DNA from: Rhizobium sp. Q54
Lineage (GTDB): Bacteria; Pseudomonadota; Alphaproteobacteria; Rickettsiales; UBA1997
NCBI GenBank assembly: GCA_945865855.1
Contig: CAMBES010000001.1
Location: 1-31,714 of the forward strand
Reading direction: 5' to 3'
DNA length: 31,714 bases
Positions within the stretch are counted from its first letter, which is position 1, and each line of letters begins with the position of its first letter. Position numbers and translations under genes: made by a program. The notes under the pieces are model-generated. The model saw only the letters and a program-made list of their open reading frames with translations. It searched no databases and had not been told where the DNA came from. This document shows positions 1 to 9,015 of the stretch, piece by piece.

Positions 1-124
1 AAAAAAGCAAAGACGCCGCGATAAGAAACCACATTTTATGTGATTTTTTTTCCGCTAAAAAATGATAGGAAAAAAGACAAATAGGAAGAAAGACAAAGAT
101 GAAGGCTAGAGAGTTAAATAACAT
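1..124 (-). CDS. MBOAT family O-acyltransferase (AlgI/PatA-like), N-terminal fragment running off the window start
   Basis: Not in the ORF track. ATG at 124, directly after the stop of the upstream GT (125-127). Hand translation: MLFNSLAFIFVFLPICLFSYHFLAEKKSHKMWFLIAASLLF. The MLFNSxxFxFxFLP start and the LIAASLLF helix are typical of AlgI-type MBOATs. Confidence 0.8.
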   Translation of the reverse strand, partial: MLFNSLAFIFVFLPICLFSYHFLAEKKSHKMWFLIAASLLF

Positions 125-2044
125 TTAACGCCCTTTAATTGATTTAAAAACACCCAAAAAAGACTTCGACGCAGCTTTTAATTTTCCAATCCCAGCTCTT
201 ATTTTAAGTAATTTTTTAGCAATCTTCTCAACCTCTCTTTCTCTTTGCCTTAAACTTAACAACTCTCTCCAAGTAGCAATACCAAGAACTCGCATCGCAA
301 TTCTATTTTTTATTTTCACCTCTTCTTGGGCAGAAATTTTACTATTAGAATCGTGAATATTCATCTGCATCGTTAATTCTGGCATCCAATAAAACTTCAG
401 CCCTTCTTTGTACATTAGCGCCGCAAAATACAAATCTTCGCAATCGTGAATGAGTGGATCGATTAAAATATCGGACGTTAAGCTGCTTTTCTTAATCATA
501 AAACATGGATGAACAGGATGGTTTAAGCTCATCATCTCTTCGTAATTAACCTTACCAAACCCTCCCAAATTATAAGAGCTTTCCTTACCAGTAAGCTTAC
601 CCAGACTCATCATAAGATCGGTCATGCAAGCTCCTGGAAGAGTTTTTGCCAAAGAACTATTGTTTTTATAAACCCTTCCGGAATACACAAAATCGGCATC
701 ATATTTCGCATCAAAAAACTCCACCATTTTGGAAGCGTGGTTTGGATACCACAAATCGTCATCATCAAGCAAAGCTACGTATTCACCGCTTGAAGCTTTG
801 ATGCCATTTAGAATTAAGCTACTGCGAATATTTGACACCGACTCAATTATGACTAATTTTTCAAAACAATCTTCCAAAGATTTTGTAAGTTCGAGCAATT
901 CTTGATTTTTTTTATACAACACGAGTATCAACTCGATTCTTTTGTAAGTTTGATCAGCTAAAGATTTCAAGGTCTTTAAAACCATATCCTTCGATCTTCC
1001 TCCAGATCTAACAATCACACTAACCAAAGGGGCCTCGCCATCTTTTTTATAGCCAATACTAAGGTAATTTTTTCTCATAACTTCGTGATGAAAAGCTATT
1101 AACTTACTCAACATTTTTTCAGCAGAGAGCTTGTGGCAAAAAATTTCATGAGCTTTTTTGGCTTTAATTTTTGCATCTTCCGGATTTTTTCTAGCCCACT
1201 GCACATGAGACAAAATCTGCTTCGACATCTCATTTTCATCCCGACTTGTTACGTAAAGCAACGAATCTCCAAAAATTTCTCGGTAAAATTTTAGATCATC
1301 CGCAATACACAAAGCTCCGCTTGCGACCACTTCATATATTCTATTGTTTCCCAGACCATCTTCATAAAAATCATGAGAGCTTAGAGCCAAGCCAATTCCA
1401 CAAGATCTGTAAATGTCTAATAAATTTTCTGAATCTTCAAAATCAACCGCACCCTTAACGCAATTTTTATTTTTTATCCAAGACCATCCTTCCGCTTTTC
1501 CGTAAAGCTCTAAAAAGTTTTCTTTCTCTGACAAAATTGACAAAAGCCTTTCAAACCTAGGCCTCTTTTTCCCACCAAAGCCACCGCTGATCATCTCCCA
1601 ATTATTACCAAAATAGGCTAGTCTAGGCTCTTTGAAATTAACTTGATCACTAAACTTGGTTTCCAGCTGAGAGTTTGCAAATGTAAGCAAGTTGCAATTC
1701 TTTGAATAAAAAAAACACATATCTGAAATGGCCTGAGCAACGGTTTCGGACTGAGTTAAGTAGCCATCAAAAGTTAAATATGCTCGTAGGTCATTTTCAT
1801 TTTTTAACCTTAAACTTATCGCCTCGTTAAAAATGACGTAAGTTGGAATCTCGCAAAATTTAGGAGTAAAGCTTGAATGAGAGACGATAAAATTCGGAGC
1901 AAATTTTACAATTTCATCGCCGTCACAAAAGGACTCGATCTCTAAATCAGTTCCATCAAGAGACTTAATTTTTTTATAAACGGAATCGGACGCATTCTCA
2001 GCAGCAACTTTCTTTTTGTAGGGATTAAAAATTGCAATTTTCAT
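125..2044 (-). CDS. Two-domain glycosyltransferase: N-terminal CgeB/Glyco_trans_1_2-like GT-B domain plus C-terminal GT2 domain
   Basis: N-part has LELYGKAEGW...NNRIYEVVASGALCIAD (CgeB-like NxRxFE motif). C-part has PLVSVIV...SLADQTY...GEYVALLDDDDLWYPNH (GT2 DxD). Confidence 0.75.
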   Translation of the reverse strand: MKIAIFNPYKKKVAAENASDSVYKKIKSLDGTDLEIESFCDGDEIVKFAPNFIVSHSSFTPKFCEIPTYVIFNEAISLRLKNENDLRAYLTFDGYLTQSETVAQAISDMCFFYSKNCNLLTFANSQLETKFSDQVNFKEPRLAYFGNNWEMISGGFGGKKRPRFERLLSILSEKENFLELYGKAEGWSWIKNKNCVKGAVDFEDSENLLDIYRSCGIGLALSSHDFYEDGLGNNRIYEVVASGALCIADDLKFYREIFGDSLLYVTSRDENEMSKQILSHVQWARKNPEDAKIKAKKAHEIFCHKLSAEKMLSKLIAFHHEVMRKNYLSIGYKKDGEAPLVSVIVRSGGRSKDMVLKTLKSLADQTYKRIELILVLYKKNQELLELTKSLEDCFEKLVIIESVSNIRSSLILNGIKASSGEYVALLDDDDLWYPNHASKMVEFFDAKYDADFVYSGRVYKNNSSLAKTLPGACMTDLMMSLGKLTGKESSYNLGGFGKVNYEEMMSLNHPVHPCFMIKKSSLTSDILIDPLIHDCEDLYFAALMYKEGLKFYWMPELTMQMNIHDSNSKISAQEEVKIKNRIAMRVLGIATWRELLSLRQREREVEKIAKKLLKIRAGIGKLKAASKSFLGVFKSIKGR

Positions 2045-2046
2045 TA

Positions 2047-4098
2047 TTAAAACGGCCCTTTAAATTCTTCTAACTCTTCGTTTTTTACATTAAGTTTTGA
2101 CCAGTCAATCCTCTCACATGCAAGCATTTCACAGACTTTATTCGAGATGGTTTTGCTGTTTGGATAGAATAAATCTTCGAGTGATTTTGTTGTCGGACAC
2201 GTTGTCGCTGCAAAGCCCCTGCGCGCGATTTGGATTTTCTTATTCGGGAATTCTTCGCAAATTCTTGCGATGATTTCTGCCGATGTTCCGAACTCAACCC
2301 AACCATTATCAACCACTAAAATTTTTCCGGTTTTAGCGACAGATTTTTTGATCAATTCAATATCGAGTGGATTTATCCAAATTGGATCAATCACTTCGGC
2401 ACTAACTCCAATCGACTCAAGATGATGCGCTGCACGAGTCGCCTCCAGAGCCATGTGCGAGATGCCAACAACAGTAATATCTTTTCCTTCTTTGACGATT
2501 CTACCTTTACCAATTTCCATTTCAAAAGCGTCTACAGGCACGTAACTCTTAGAATTACAAAGCAAACGATGCTCCATAAAAATCACCGGATTATTGTCGC
2601 GAATCGCCGCGATCAAACATCCTTTCGCATCGTGAGCATTAGACGGAGCTACAACACGCATTCCAGGAATATGCGCGAATAGTGAATGGAGAGCTTGTGA
2701 ATGTTGTGCACCCTGCCCCCAAGATCTACCAATCATCGTACGCACAACCAGTGGAATAGACAGCGCGCCATTATACATGTAATGCGCTTTTGCTGCCATG
2801 TTGATGAGTTGATTCGCTGCCAGCGTCATAAAATCCATTCTGATGTGAACGTGAATTGGACGTAAGCCATACATCGCCGCACCTACCGCTACACCAGTCA
2901 TCGCATCTTCAGAAAGTGGGGTTCCGAATAATCTTTCTGGTCCGAATTTTTCGATTCCATCAGTTGAGCCTTGGATTTTTTTGTGATCGTCAACATCTAA
3001 ACCAAAAACAAAAACTTTTTCATCGCGCGCCATTTCTTGAATGCAGGCTTCCGCAATTGCATCAACGTAGCGAATTAATTTCTGCTCAGATTTTTTTGTG
3101 ATCACTTTGTCTTTGATCTTCTCAAGCCTTGGTGCGAGGACGTTCTCGAATAATTCTTTTACGCCAGGAAATTTTGATTTCTCAGAAAAATCGATTGAGT
3201 CAGAAATTTTTTTCTCAACTTTTTTGGTAATTTTTTTCACTTCATCAGCATCAAGCATTTTTGCCAAAACGGCAATCTGATCATTGGCAAGCCAGGTTTT
3301 ATATGTGTCGAGACAGCGATAATCTTCGTTTAAATCTTCAGTTGGACCAACATGTTCTTTGTAGCGATAAGTATGACATTCGATAAAAATTGGCCCGCTT
3401 TCTGGATTATTTTTAATCTCATTTAGAGCTTTTTCGGTCACTTCGCGAATCTTAAAAACATCGCCGTCAGTAACGCGGAAAGTCTTGATTCCGTAGGTCG
3501 CAATACGTTCACAAATTTTGTCAGTTGGCCATCTGCGCTCGATTGGATTATGAATCGCCAAACCATTATTTTCGCACAAGAAAATCATCGGCAACTTATG
3601 AAGTGCGGCAAAATTTATACTTTCAGAAAAACATCCTTCTTCAGTTGCGCCGTCACCAAAAAATGAAACGACAACTCTTTGCTTACCAGTTTTTTTTGCT
3701 TCACGCTTCAATGCCATCGCATAGCCTGTAGCCACGGGAATCGTGGTTCCAACCACGGCAGACGCGCCCATGATTCCGTGATTCATATCGATCAAATGCA
3801 TCGACCCAGCCTTACCGCCAGCGCAGCCATCTTTTTTTCCGTAAAGTTCCGCCATCATTTTATTGAGATCTCCACCCTTGGCAATGTGAGTGGCGTGACA
3901 TCTGTAAGTGTTCGAAACGATATCATCTTTCGCTAAAATATCACAAACGCCGACAGCTACAGCCTCTTGACCAATCGATAAATGCACAGGACTTTTAATG
4001 GCATCAGTGTGATAAATTCCCGCGATCTTTTCTTCGAATTTTCTGATAAGTAACATCGACTCATAAAGACGTGAAACTAGATTCTTGCTTTGTGTCAT
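2047..4098 (-). CDS. ThDP-dependent 2-oxoacid dehydrogenase E1 alpha/beta fusion protein (no E2/E3 nearby)
   Basis: Alpha part: HLSIGQEA, GDGATEEG...CENN ThDP motif, TYRYKEH. Beta part: TPLSEDAMTG, GAQHSQ, PVIFMEH, EVIDP. 683 aa single ORF. Confidence 0.9.
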   Translation of the reverse strand: MTQSKNLVSRLYESMLLIRKFEEKIAGIYHTDAIKSPVHLSIGQEAVAVGVCDILAKDDIVSNTYRCHATHIAKGGDLNKMMAELYGKKDGCAGGKAGSMHLIDMNHGIMGASAVVGTTIPVATGYAMALKREAKKTGKQRVVVSFFGDGATEEGCFSESINFAALHKLPMIFLCENNGLAIHNPIERRWPTDKICERIATYGIKTFRVTDGDVFKIREVTEKALNEIKNNPESGPIFIECHTYRYKEHVGPTEDLNEDYRCLDTYKTWLANDQIAVLAKMLDADEVKKITKKVEKKISDSIDFSEKSKFPGVKELFENVLAPRLEKIKDKVITKKSEQKLIRYVDAIAEACIQEMARDEKVFVFGLDVDDHKKIQGSTDGIEKFGPERLFGTPLSEDAMTGVAVGAAMYGLRPIHVHIRMDFMTLAANQLINMAAKAHYMYNGALSIPLVVRTMIGRSWGQGAQHSQALHSLFAHIPGMRVVAPSNAHDAKGCLIAAIRDNNPVIFMEHRLLCNSKSYVPVDAFEMEIGKGRIVKEGKDITVVGISHMALEATRAAHHLESIGVSAEVIDPIWINPLDIELIKKSVAKTGKILVVDNGWVEFGTSAEIIARICEEFPNKKIQIARRGFAATTCPTTKSLEDLFYPNSKTISNKVCEMLACERIDWSKLNVKNEELEEFKGPF

Positions 4099-4114
4099 AA
4101 TTAAAATTTTAAAA

Positions 4115-5041
4115 ATGGTTTATCCTAAAATCACAATCATCACTCCGGTAAAAAATTCAGCAAAAACTTTGGAGAAATCCATTAAAAGTTTGTTGCAACA
4201 AAATTACCCAAATCTGGAATATATTATCATGGATGGAGGCTCAATTGACGGCACTCTAGACGTTATAAAAAAATACGAAAAAAATATCACTTATTGGCAA
4301 AGCAAGAACGATGGTAGCAACGTAGTAGCGCACATTGAAGGAATAAAAAAAGCCAGTGGAGAAATTGTCGCCTTTCTCAATGCTGATGATTTTTATGAAC
4401 CAGAAATTTTGAAAAAAGCTGGCGCAGACTTTGCAGAAGATTCTTCGCTAGATATCATTTCCTTCCGTTTTAGAACCATAAAAAATGATAAGGTTAATGA
4501 AGAAGTAGCCCTTCAAGACATCGATCTAAACAAAAATAAAGTTACAGCCGCACTCGGAATTAATGCGCGCTTTTTCAAGAAAGATCTGTTTTATAAATAT
4601 GGCTTTCCCCTTACAAATGACGACCGCGGCAGAGTTCTCATCAGCAATGATTTAGAATATATTACCCGTCTTCTTCTCAAAGGCGTCAAAAACAAAAGTG
4701 TCGATTATATCGGGTATAATTACGTCATCCATGATGATTCTTTGACCTTCTCTAAAAGCCACGCAACTAAGATTCGTCTTTGCGAGGATAAAATTTTTAT
4801 CGCTAAAAAATTTCTCAATTCATCTGAATTCAATTTAGCAAAAACCTGGCGCAAAACTTTTAAGAAATGGATCAAGAAATATCGCGCGATGCTTGTAGCT
4901 AGCCACCTCAAGCAAGGTCACCTAAAAGAAGCGAAAGAAAATTTTCTTGCTGGAAGCGAAGAAAATGGATTCATCAAATTTGCTTTCTACTCAGTTAAGA
5001 CACTGATTCGAAGCAGAAAAGAGAAGGGAGTTGGTTTTTAA
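4115..5041 (+). CDS. Glycosyltransferase family 2, antisense to the surrounding cluster
   Basis: PKITIITPVKN...SLLQQNYPNLEYIIMDGGSIDGT...GEIVAFLNADD. Start moved from TTG 4085 (which overlaps the E1 gene) to ATG 4115. Confidence 0.85.
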   Translation: MVYPKITIITPVKNSAKTLEKSIKSLLQQNYPNLEYIIMDGGSIDGTLDVIKKYEKNITYWQSKNDGSNVVAHIEGIKKASGEIVAFLNADDFYEPEILKKAGADFAEDSSLDIISFRFRTIKNDKVNEEVALQDIDLNKNKVTAALGINARFFKKDLFYKYGFPLTNDDRGRVLISNDLEYITRLLLKGVKNKSVDYIGYNYVIHDDSLTFSKSHATKIRLCEDKIFIAKKFLNSSEFNLAKTWRKTFKKWIKKYRAMLVASHLKQGHLKEAKENFLAGSEENGFIKFAFYSVKTLIRSRKEKGVGF

Positions 5042-6203
5042 GCACCAAGAATTTCTTCCCGATTCTCGACGCTTCAGCCGCCCTCATATCGGTTTCATTA
5101 TCGCCAAGCATTAGAGATTTTTTTGGATCGATGTTAAATTCTTCAATTGCCTTCAGAAGCATGCCAGGAGAGGGTTTGCGATCAAATGAGTTTTGGCGAT
5201 ATTTTTCAATTTTTCCTTCTGGGTGACATGGGCAGTAAAAAGTTTTGGTGATTTTTATTTCGCGTTTTTGGAACTCACTTTCCATCCATTTCGTTAGCTC
5301 GAGAAATTCTTCTTCGCTGTAAAAACCTTTGGCGATTCCGCCTTGGTTTGTTACTACGATTAACAAATATCCAAGATCTTGTGCGCGTTTGCAGAGATCA
5401 AAAATTCCATCGATAAAATCAAATTTTTCCTTCTCAAAAACATGGCCATGATCGATGTTAATTACTCCGTCGCGATCGAGAAATAATGCTTTGTTTTTAA
5501 TGAAATTTGACAGCTCTTTTTGTGCTCTTGCGTAATCTTCAGGAATGCCAATATCGATGAAATATCCTTCAGCTGTAAAGGCTTGCGGCTCAAGCCATGA
5601 AAGCTCTTTTGCTAAAAAGTCTGACTCAAAAGAAAATGCTTCTGGAACTGAGAATCTTTTAAAAATTTTTGGATCCAAAAGATAAATCCCCCCATTAATG
5701 AATCCTTCACTCGATGTCATCCCGAGTTTGTCTAAGGGTTTTTCTTCGAAATTTTTGATCACAAAATTCTCATCAAAAACTACGCGTCCGTAACGACTAC
5801 AATCATCCATCTTGCGCAAAACCATTGTCAGATTTTTCTTGTGAGCGGCGAATAATTTTTGGTAATCAACTTGCAAAAAACTGTCACCATTCAACACCAA
5901 AACTGGCTGATTTTGATCAATAAATTTTAGTGAATTTATAATTGCTCCACCGGTACCTAGAGGCTTGTCTTCTCTCGCGTAAGAGACGCTCATCCCCAAA
6001 TAATTATCACTAAAATATTCAACGATTTTTTCTTGCAGATAACCAACTGAAATCACCACTTTTTTTACGCCGTGATTGCGCAAATTCTGCAAAAGATAAG
6101 CCAAAAAAGGTTTACCAGCAATATCCGCCAACGGTTTTGGTACATCCTTTACAACCTCTTTTAATCTAGTTCCAAAGCCACCCGCTAAAATTATCGCCTG
6201 CAT
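4995..6203 (-). CDS. hddC: Fusion of heptose-1-phosphate guanylyltransferase (HddC-like) and heptose-1,7-bisphosphate phosphatase (GmhB)
   Basis: N-terminal LAGGFGTRL...PKPLA...FIDIGIPEDY. C-terminal KALFLDRDGVIN, VTNQGGIAKG, CPCHP, RKPSPGM, GDNETD (GmhB motifs). Sits with gmhA and hddA. Confidence 0.88.
   Translation of the reverse strand: MQAIILAGGFGTRLKEVVKDVPKPLADIAGKPFLAYLLQNLRNHGVKKVVISVGYLQEKIVEYFSDNYLGMSVSYAREDKPLGTGGAIINSLKFIDQNQPVLVLNGDSFLQVDYQKLFAAHKKNLTMVLRKMDDCSRYGRVVFDENFVIKNFEEKPLDKLGMTSSEGFINGGIYLLDPKIFKRFSVPEAFSFESDFLAKELSWLEPQAFTAEGYFIDIGIPEDYARAQKELSNFIKNKALFLDRDGVINIDHGHVFEKEKFDFIDGIFDLCKRAQDLGYLLIVVTNQGGIAKGFYSEEEFLELTKWMESEFQKREIKITKTFYCPCHPEGKIEKYRQNSFDRKPSPGMLLKAIEEFNIDPKKSLMLGDNETDMRAAEASRIGKKFLVLKNQLPSLFCFESVS
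5716..5738. repeat. Degenerate REP-like half element inside the hddC coding sequence
   Basis: GTCATCCCGAGTTTGTCTAAGGG resembles the GTCATCCTGAGCTTGTCGAAGG palindromic repeat class (recalled, not searched). It is read in frame as PLDKLGMT. Confidence 0.5.
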
Positions 6204-6225
6204 TTATTTTAAGTAATTATTCATC

Positions 6226-6310
6226 GCTTCATCCCTGCGAAGGCGGGGATCCAGGAGAACTCACAGCACGCTGGAAAATTACTGGATCCCCGCCTTCGCG
6301 GGGATGACGC
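6226..6310. repeat. REP doublet (REPIN/RPE4-like hairpin element)
   Basis: TCATCCCTGCGAAGGCGGGGATCCAG, then a 27-nt loop (6255-6281), then CTGGATCCCCGCCTTCGCGGGGATGAC. The arms are inverted repeats; intergenic between gmhA and hddC. Confidence 0.92.
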
Positions 6311-6321
6311 GGAGAAATATG

Positions 6322-6924
6322 TTATTTTTTATTTTTTGGGTCGTGAGTTGCGCCGAAAAAATAATCTTCAATCAAAGCGCAAATTATGTGACCAGCGGCA
6401 ATGTGACCTTCTTGAATTTTAGGAGTTTCGTCGGAAGGAATATTGATTTGGTAATCAGCAATCGCGCCAATATCACGACCATTTTCACCTAAGAATCCAA
6501 CCGCGATGATTTTTTTTGCTTTCGCTGCCTTCAAGGCTTCGAGCACATTTTTGCTACGACCGGAAGTTGAAATTCCGATCAATACATCGCCAGCCTGCCC
6601 TACGGCCTCAAGCTGACGCGAGAATGAATGAAGATAACCGTAATCATTGCCAATAGCCGTCAAGGCAGATGTATCAACGCTTAACGCCATCGCATTTAAA
6701 GGTGGACGATCGTAGGAAAGTTTGCTCACCAGCTCCGCTGACAAATGTTGTGAATCAGCAGCGCTGCCGCCATTGCCGCAAAATATGATTTTTCTGCCCT
6801 GCTTCAATGATTCGATACAGGTTTTCGCAACAGTTTCGATGTCGCGATGTAATTTTTCGTCAGCTAAAATTTTTTCAAAAACATCGCGCGTTTTTGTGAA
6901 TTCAGAAATTATGTAATTTTTCAT
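6322..6924 (-). CDS. gmhA: Sedoheptulose-7-phosphate isomerase
   Basis: CGNGGSAADSQH, TAIGNDYG, GISTSGRSKNV, TPKIQEGH. Confidence 0.95.
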   Translation of the reverse strand: MKNYIISEFTKTRDVFEKILADEKLHRDIETVAKTCIESLKQGRKIIFCGNGGSAADSQHLSAELVSKLSYDRPPLNAMALSVDTSALTAIGNDYGYLHSFSRQLEAVGQAGDVLIGISTSGRSKNVLEALKAAKAKKIIAVGFLGENGRDIGAIADYQINIPSDETPKIQEGHIAAGHIICALIEDYFFGATHDPKNKK

Positions 6925-7970
6925 TTGTTGATTCTCCAGCTCTGCGAACCCTCGTCAACAAAGTGACAAGGCATGGTTCGACCAGCTTTTTCTTGTTCAA
7001 GTAAGCGTATAATTTTCATTCTTTTTGACGGCGGTACCAAAAACATAATGAAGCCACCGCCGCCAGCACCGGAAATTTTTCCAGACATAGCGCCAGCATC
7101 CATAACCAGGTCATAAATGCGGTCGATATTAGAATTAGAAATTTTTGCTGAGGCTGATTTTTTTGCTTCCCATCCTCGCCTCATTGATTCGGCAATTGCT
7201 TTAATGTCACCTCTCAACAATGCATCCTTCATTTCAAAAGACTCTTGCTTGATTGCTAACATTGACTTGATGACCTCTTCTGATTTATTTTCGATGTTAT
7301 TATTTTGCTCTTCAATGATTGCTCCTGAGTCACGCGAGACGCCGGTATAGAATAAAATTAGAGATTGCTCGAGTTCAGATAAAATCCACTTACGCACCTT
7401 CAATGGATTGATGATCGTTCGGTCATTTTTGTAAAATTCCATGAAATTTACACCGCCAAAAGTTGCAGCATATTGATCCTGCTTTCCGCCTTTCATCTGC
7501 AAATCTTGACGCTCAATTTCGTAAGCAAGTTTAGCGATATCGTAATCTCCGAAAGGAATGGAGAGAAATTCGACGTAAGCCTTGATTATTGATACCACTA
7601 AGGTTGAAGAGGAACCAAGCCCTGACCCAGGGGGAGAATCGCAATAAGTCGTCATCTTAAAAGCACCGATCGGATGACCTTTATTACAATCTTTAACGAT
7701 GCGATTGTAGATCGCCTTATGTAGCTTCAGAGCTCCTGTTGGCTCAATGTAATCGGTAAGCGCAATTTCAAATTCTTCGCCAATGTCGGAAGCAACGAAT
7801 CTAATTTTTCCGTTATGTTTTGGCTTCAGAGTGCAGCATGCGTAAAGATCAATTGTCGCATTCAAAACACAGCCGCCATAATTAGAATAGAAAGATTCCA
7901 TGTCTGTTCCGCCACCGGCTAAACCTAGGCGAAGTGGTGATCGCGAGCGAACTAAAAATAATTCTGACAT
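6921..7970 (-). CDS. hddA: D-glycero-alpha-D-manno-heptose-7-phosphate kinase (GHMP family)
   Basis: RSPLRLGLAGGGTD, PPGSGLGSSS, GGKQDQY, GKISGAGGGGF. Confidence 0.92.
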   Translation of the reverse strand: MSELFLVRSRSPLRLGLAGGGTDMESFYSNYGGCVLNATIDLYACCTLKPKHNGKIRFVASDIGEEFEIALTDYIEPTGALKLHKAIYNRIVKDCNKGHPIGAFKMTTYCDSPPGSGLGSSSTLVVSIIKAYVEFLSIPFGDYDIAKLAYEIERQDLQMKGGKQDQYAATFGGVNFMEFYKNDRTIINPLKVRKWILSELEQSLILFYTGVSRDSGAIIEEQNNNIENKSEEVIKSMLAIKQESFEMKDALLRGDIKAIAESMRRGWEAKKSASAKISNSNIDRIYDLVMDAGAMSGKISGAGGGGFIMFLVPPSKRMKIIRLLEQEKAGRTMPCHFVDEGSQSWRINK

Positions 7971-7974
7971 TGAG

Positions 7975-8991
7975 TTACCTTGTTAAAAACTTCTCGCCTT
8001 TTGCAACTCGATCACGCCAGTAATCGAGAAGATCTTGCATGATTTGCTCAAATTCTATTTCAGGCTTCCAACCAGTATGTTGCTCAAATTTTTTAGTATT
8101 TGGAACCTGCAAATCGGCATCAATCGGACGCAATCTTTCTGGATCGGTTTCGATTTTAATTTTGTCTTTCGCAGTCGAAATCGAGATTAGGTGGCTCAAC
8201 ATTTCGCGAATTGTGCAGCTGAAAGTTCCGCCGATATTGTAATATTCTCCGGCCTTTGGATTGACTGTTACCAGCATATAATAAGCCTTCACCGCATCAC
8301 GCACATCAGCAAAAGTTCTAAGCGAATCGAGATTACCAACCTTAATAACTGGCGGAATTATGCCAGCTTCAATCAAGGCGATTTGTTTAGCAAAAGAGCT
8401 CTCAGCAAAAACATCGCCACGACGTGGACCAGTGTGAGTAAACATACGCGTTGTCATCACCGTTAAGCCATAAGCTTCAGCGTAATAACGACCAACTAAA
8501 TCAGTTCCAACTTTTGAAATCGCGTAAGGCGAAGCGGGATGAAATGTGCATTCTTCATCGATCGGAAGCTTCTCTTTTGGTACGCGACCAAAAACTTCTG
8601 ACGAAGCACAAACGTGAATTACCGGCTTTAATTCTGGCATTTTGCGCACCGCCTCAAGAACGCGTGCAGTGCCTTGGATATTTGTTTCAAAAGTATCGAG
8701 CGGAGATTCAAAGCTAGTTTGCGGATAGCTCTGAGCTGCTAAGTGAAAAATGTAATCCGGCTTAGATTTTTTCATCACATCGTGAACAGAAATGTAATCG
8801 CGCAGATCGCCGTAAAGCAAATGAACGCGATCTTTTTTATTAATGCGCTCAAGCAGGTGAGAAATATTGTCAAGAGGACTGCGCCAGCGACACATTCCAT
8901 AAATTTCCCAATCGGTATTTTCGAGTAAAAAGTCGGTCAAATGAGAGCCAACCATTCCGGTGATTCCTGTGATTAATGCGCGTTTAGTCAT
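7975..8991 (-). CDS. dmhA: GDP-D-glycero-D-manno-heptose 4,6-dehydratase (DmhA/WcbK-like, Gmd family SDR)
   Basis: ALITGITGMVGSHL, CRWRSPLDN, HLAAQSYP, SSEVFG, SPYAISK (YxxxK), FTHTGPRRGDVFAES. The N-terminus and the heptose-gene context favour DmhA over canonical Gmd. Confidence 0.82.
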   Translation of the reverse strand: MTKRALITGITGMVGSHLTDFLLENTDWEIYGMCRWRSPLDNISHLLERINKKDRVHLLYGDLRDYISVHDVMKKSKPDYIFHLAAQSYPQTSFESPLDTFETNIQGTARVLEAVRKMPELKPVIHVCASSEVFGRVPKEKLPIDEECTFHPASPYAISKVGTDLVGRYYAEAYGLTVMTTRMFTHTGPRRGDVFAESSFAKQIALIEAGIIPPVIKVGNLDSLRTFADVRDAVKAYYMLVTVNPKAGEYYNIGGTFSCTIREMLSHLISISTAKDKIKIETDPERLRPIDADLQVPNTKKFEQHTGWKPEIEFEQIMQDLLDYWRDRVAKGEKFLTR

Positions 8992-9015
8992 TAGATTAAT
9001 TCCTCATAAATTTTC

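Noticed and set aside
4085-5045. Recombinase-invertible segment carrying the antisense GT2
   Set aside because: I found no inverted repeats shared by the two boundaries and there is no recombinase in the window. Kept only as an orientation anomaly.
7975-8991. Canonical gmd for GDP-fucose synthesis
   Set aside because: No fcl, manB or manC; the N-terminus and position beside hddA/gmhA fit the heptose dehydratase subgroup better. Not fully excluded without an assay.
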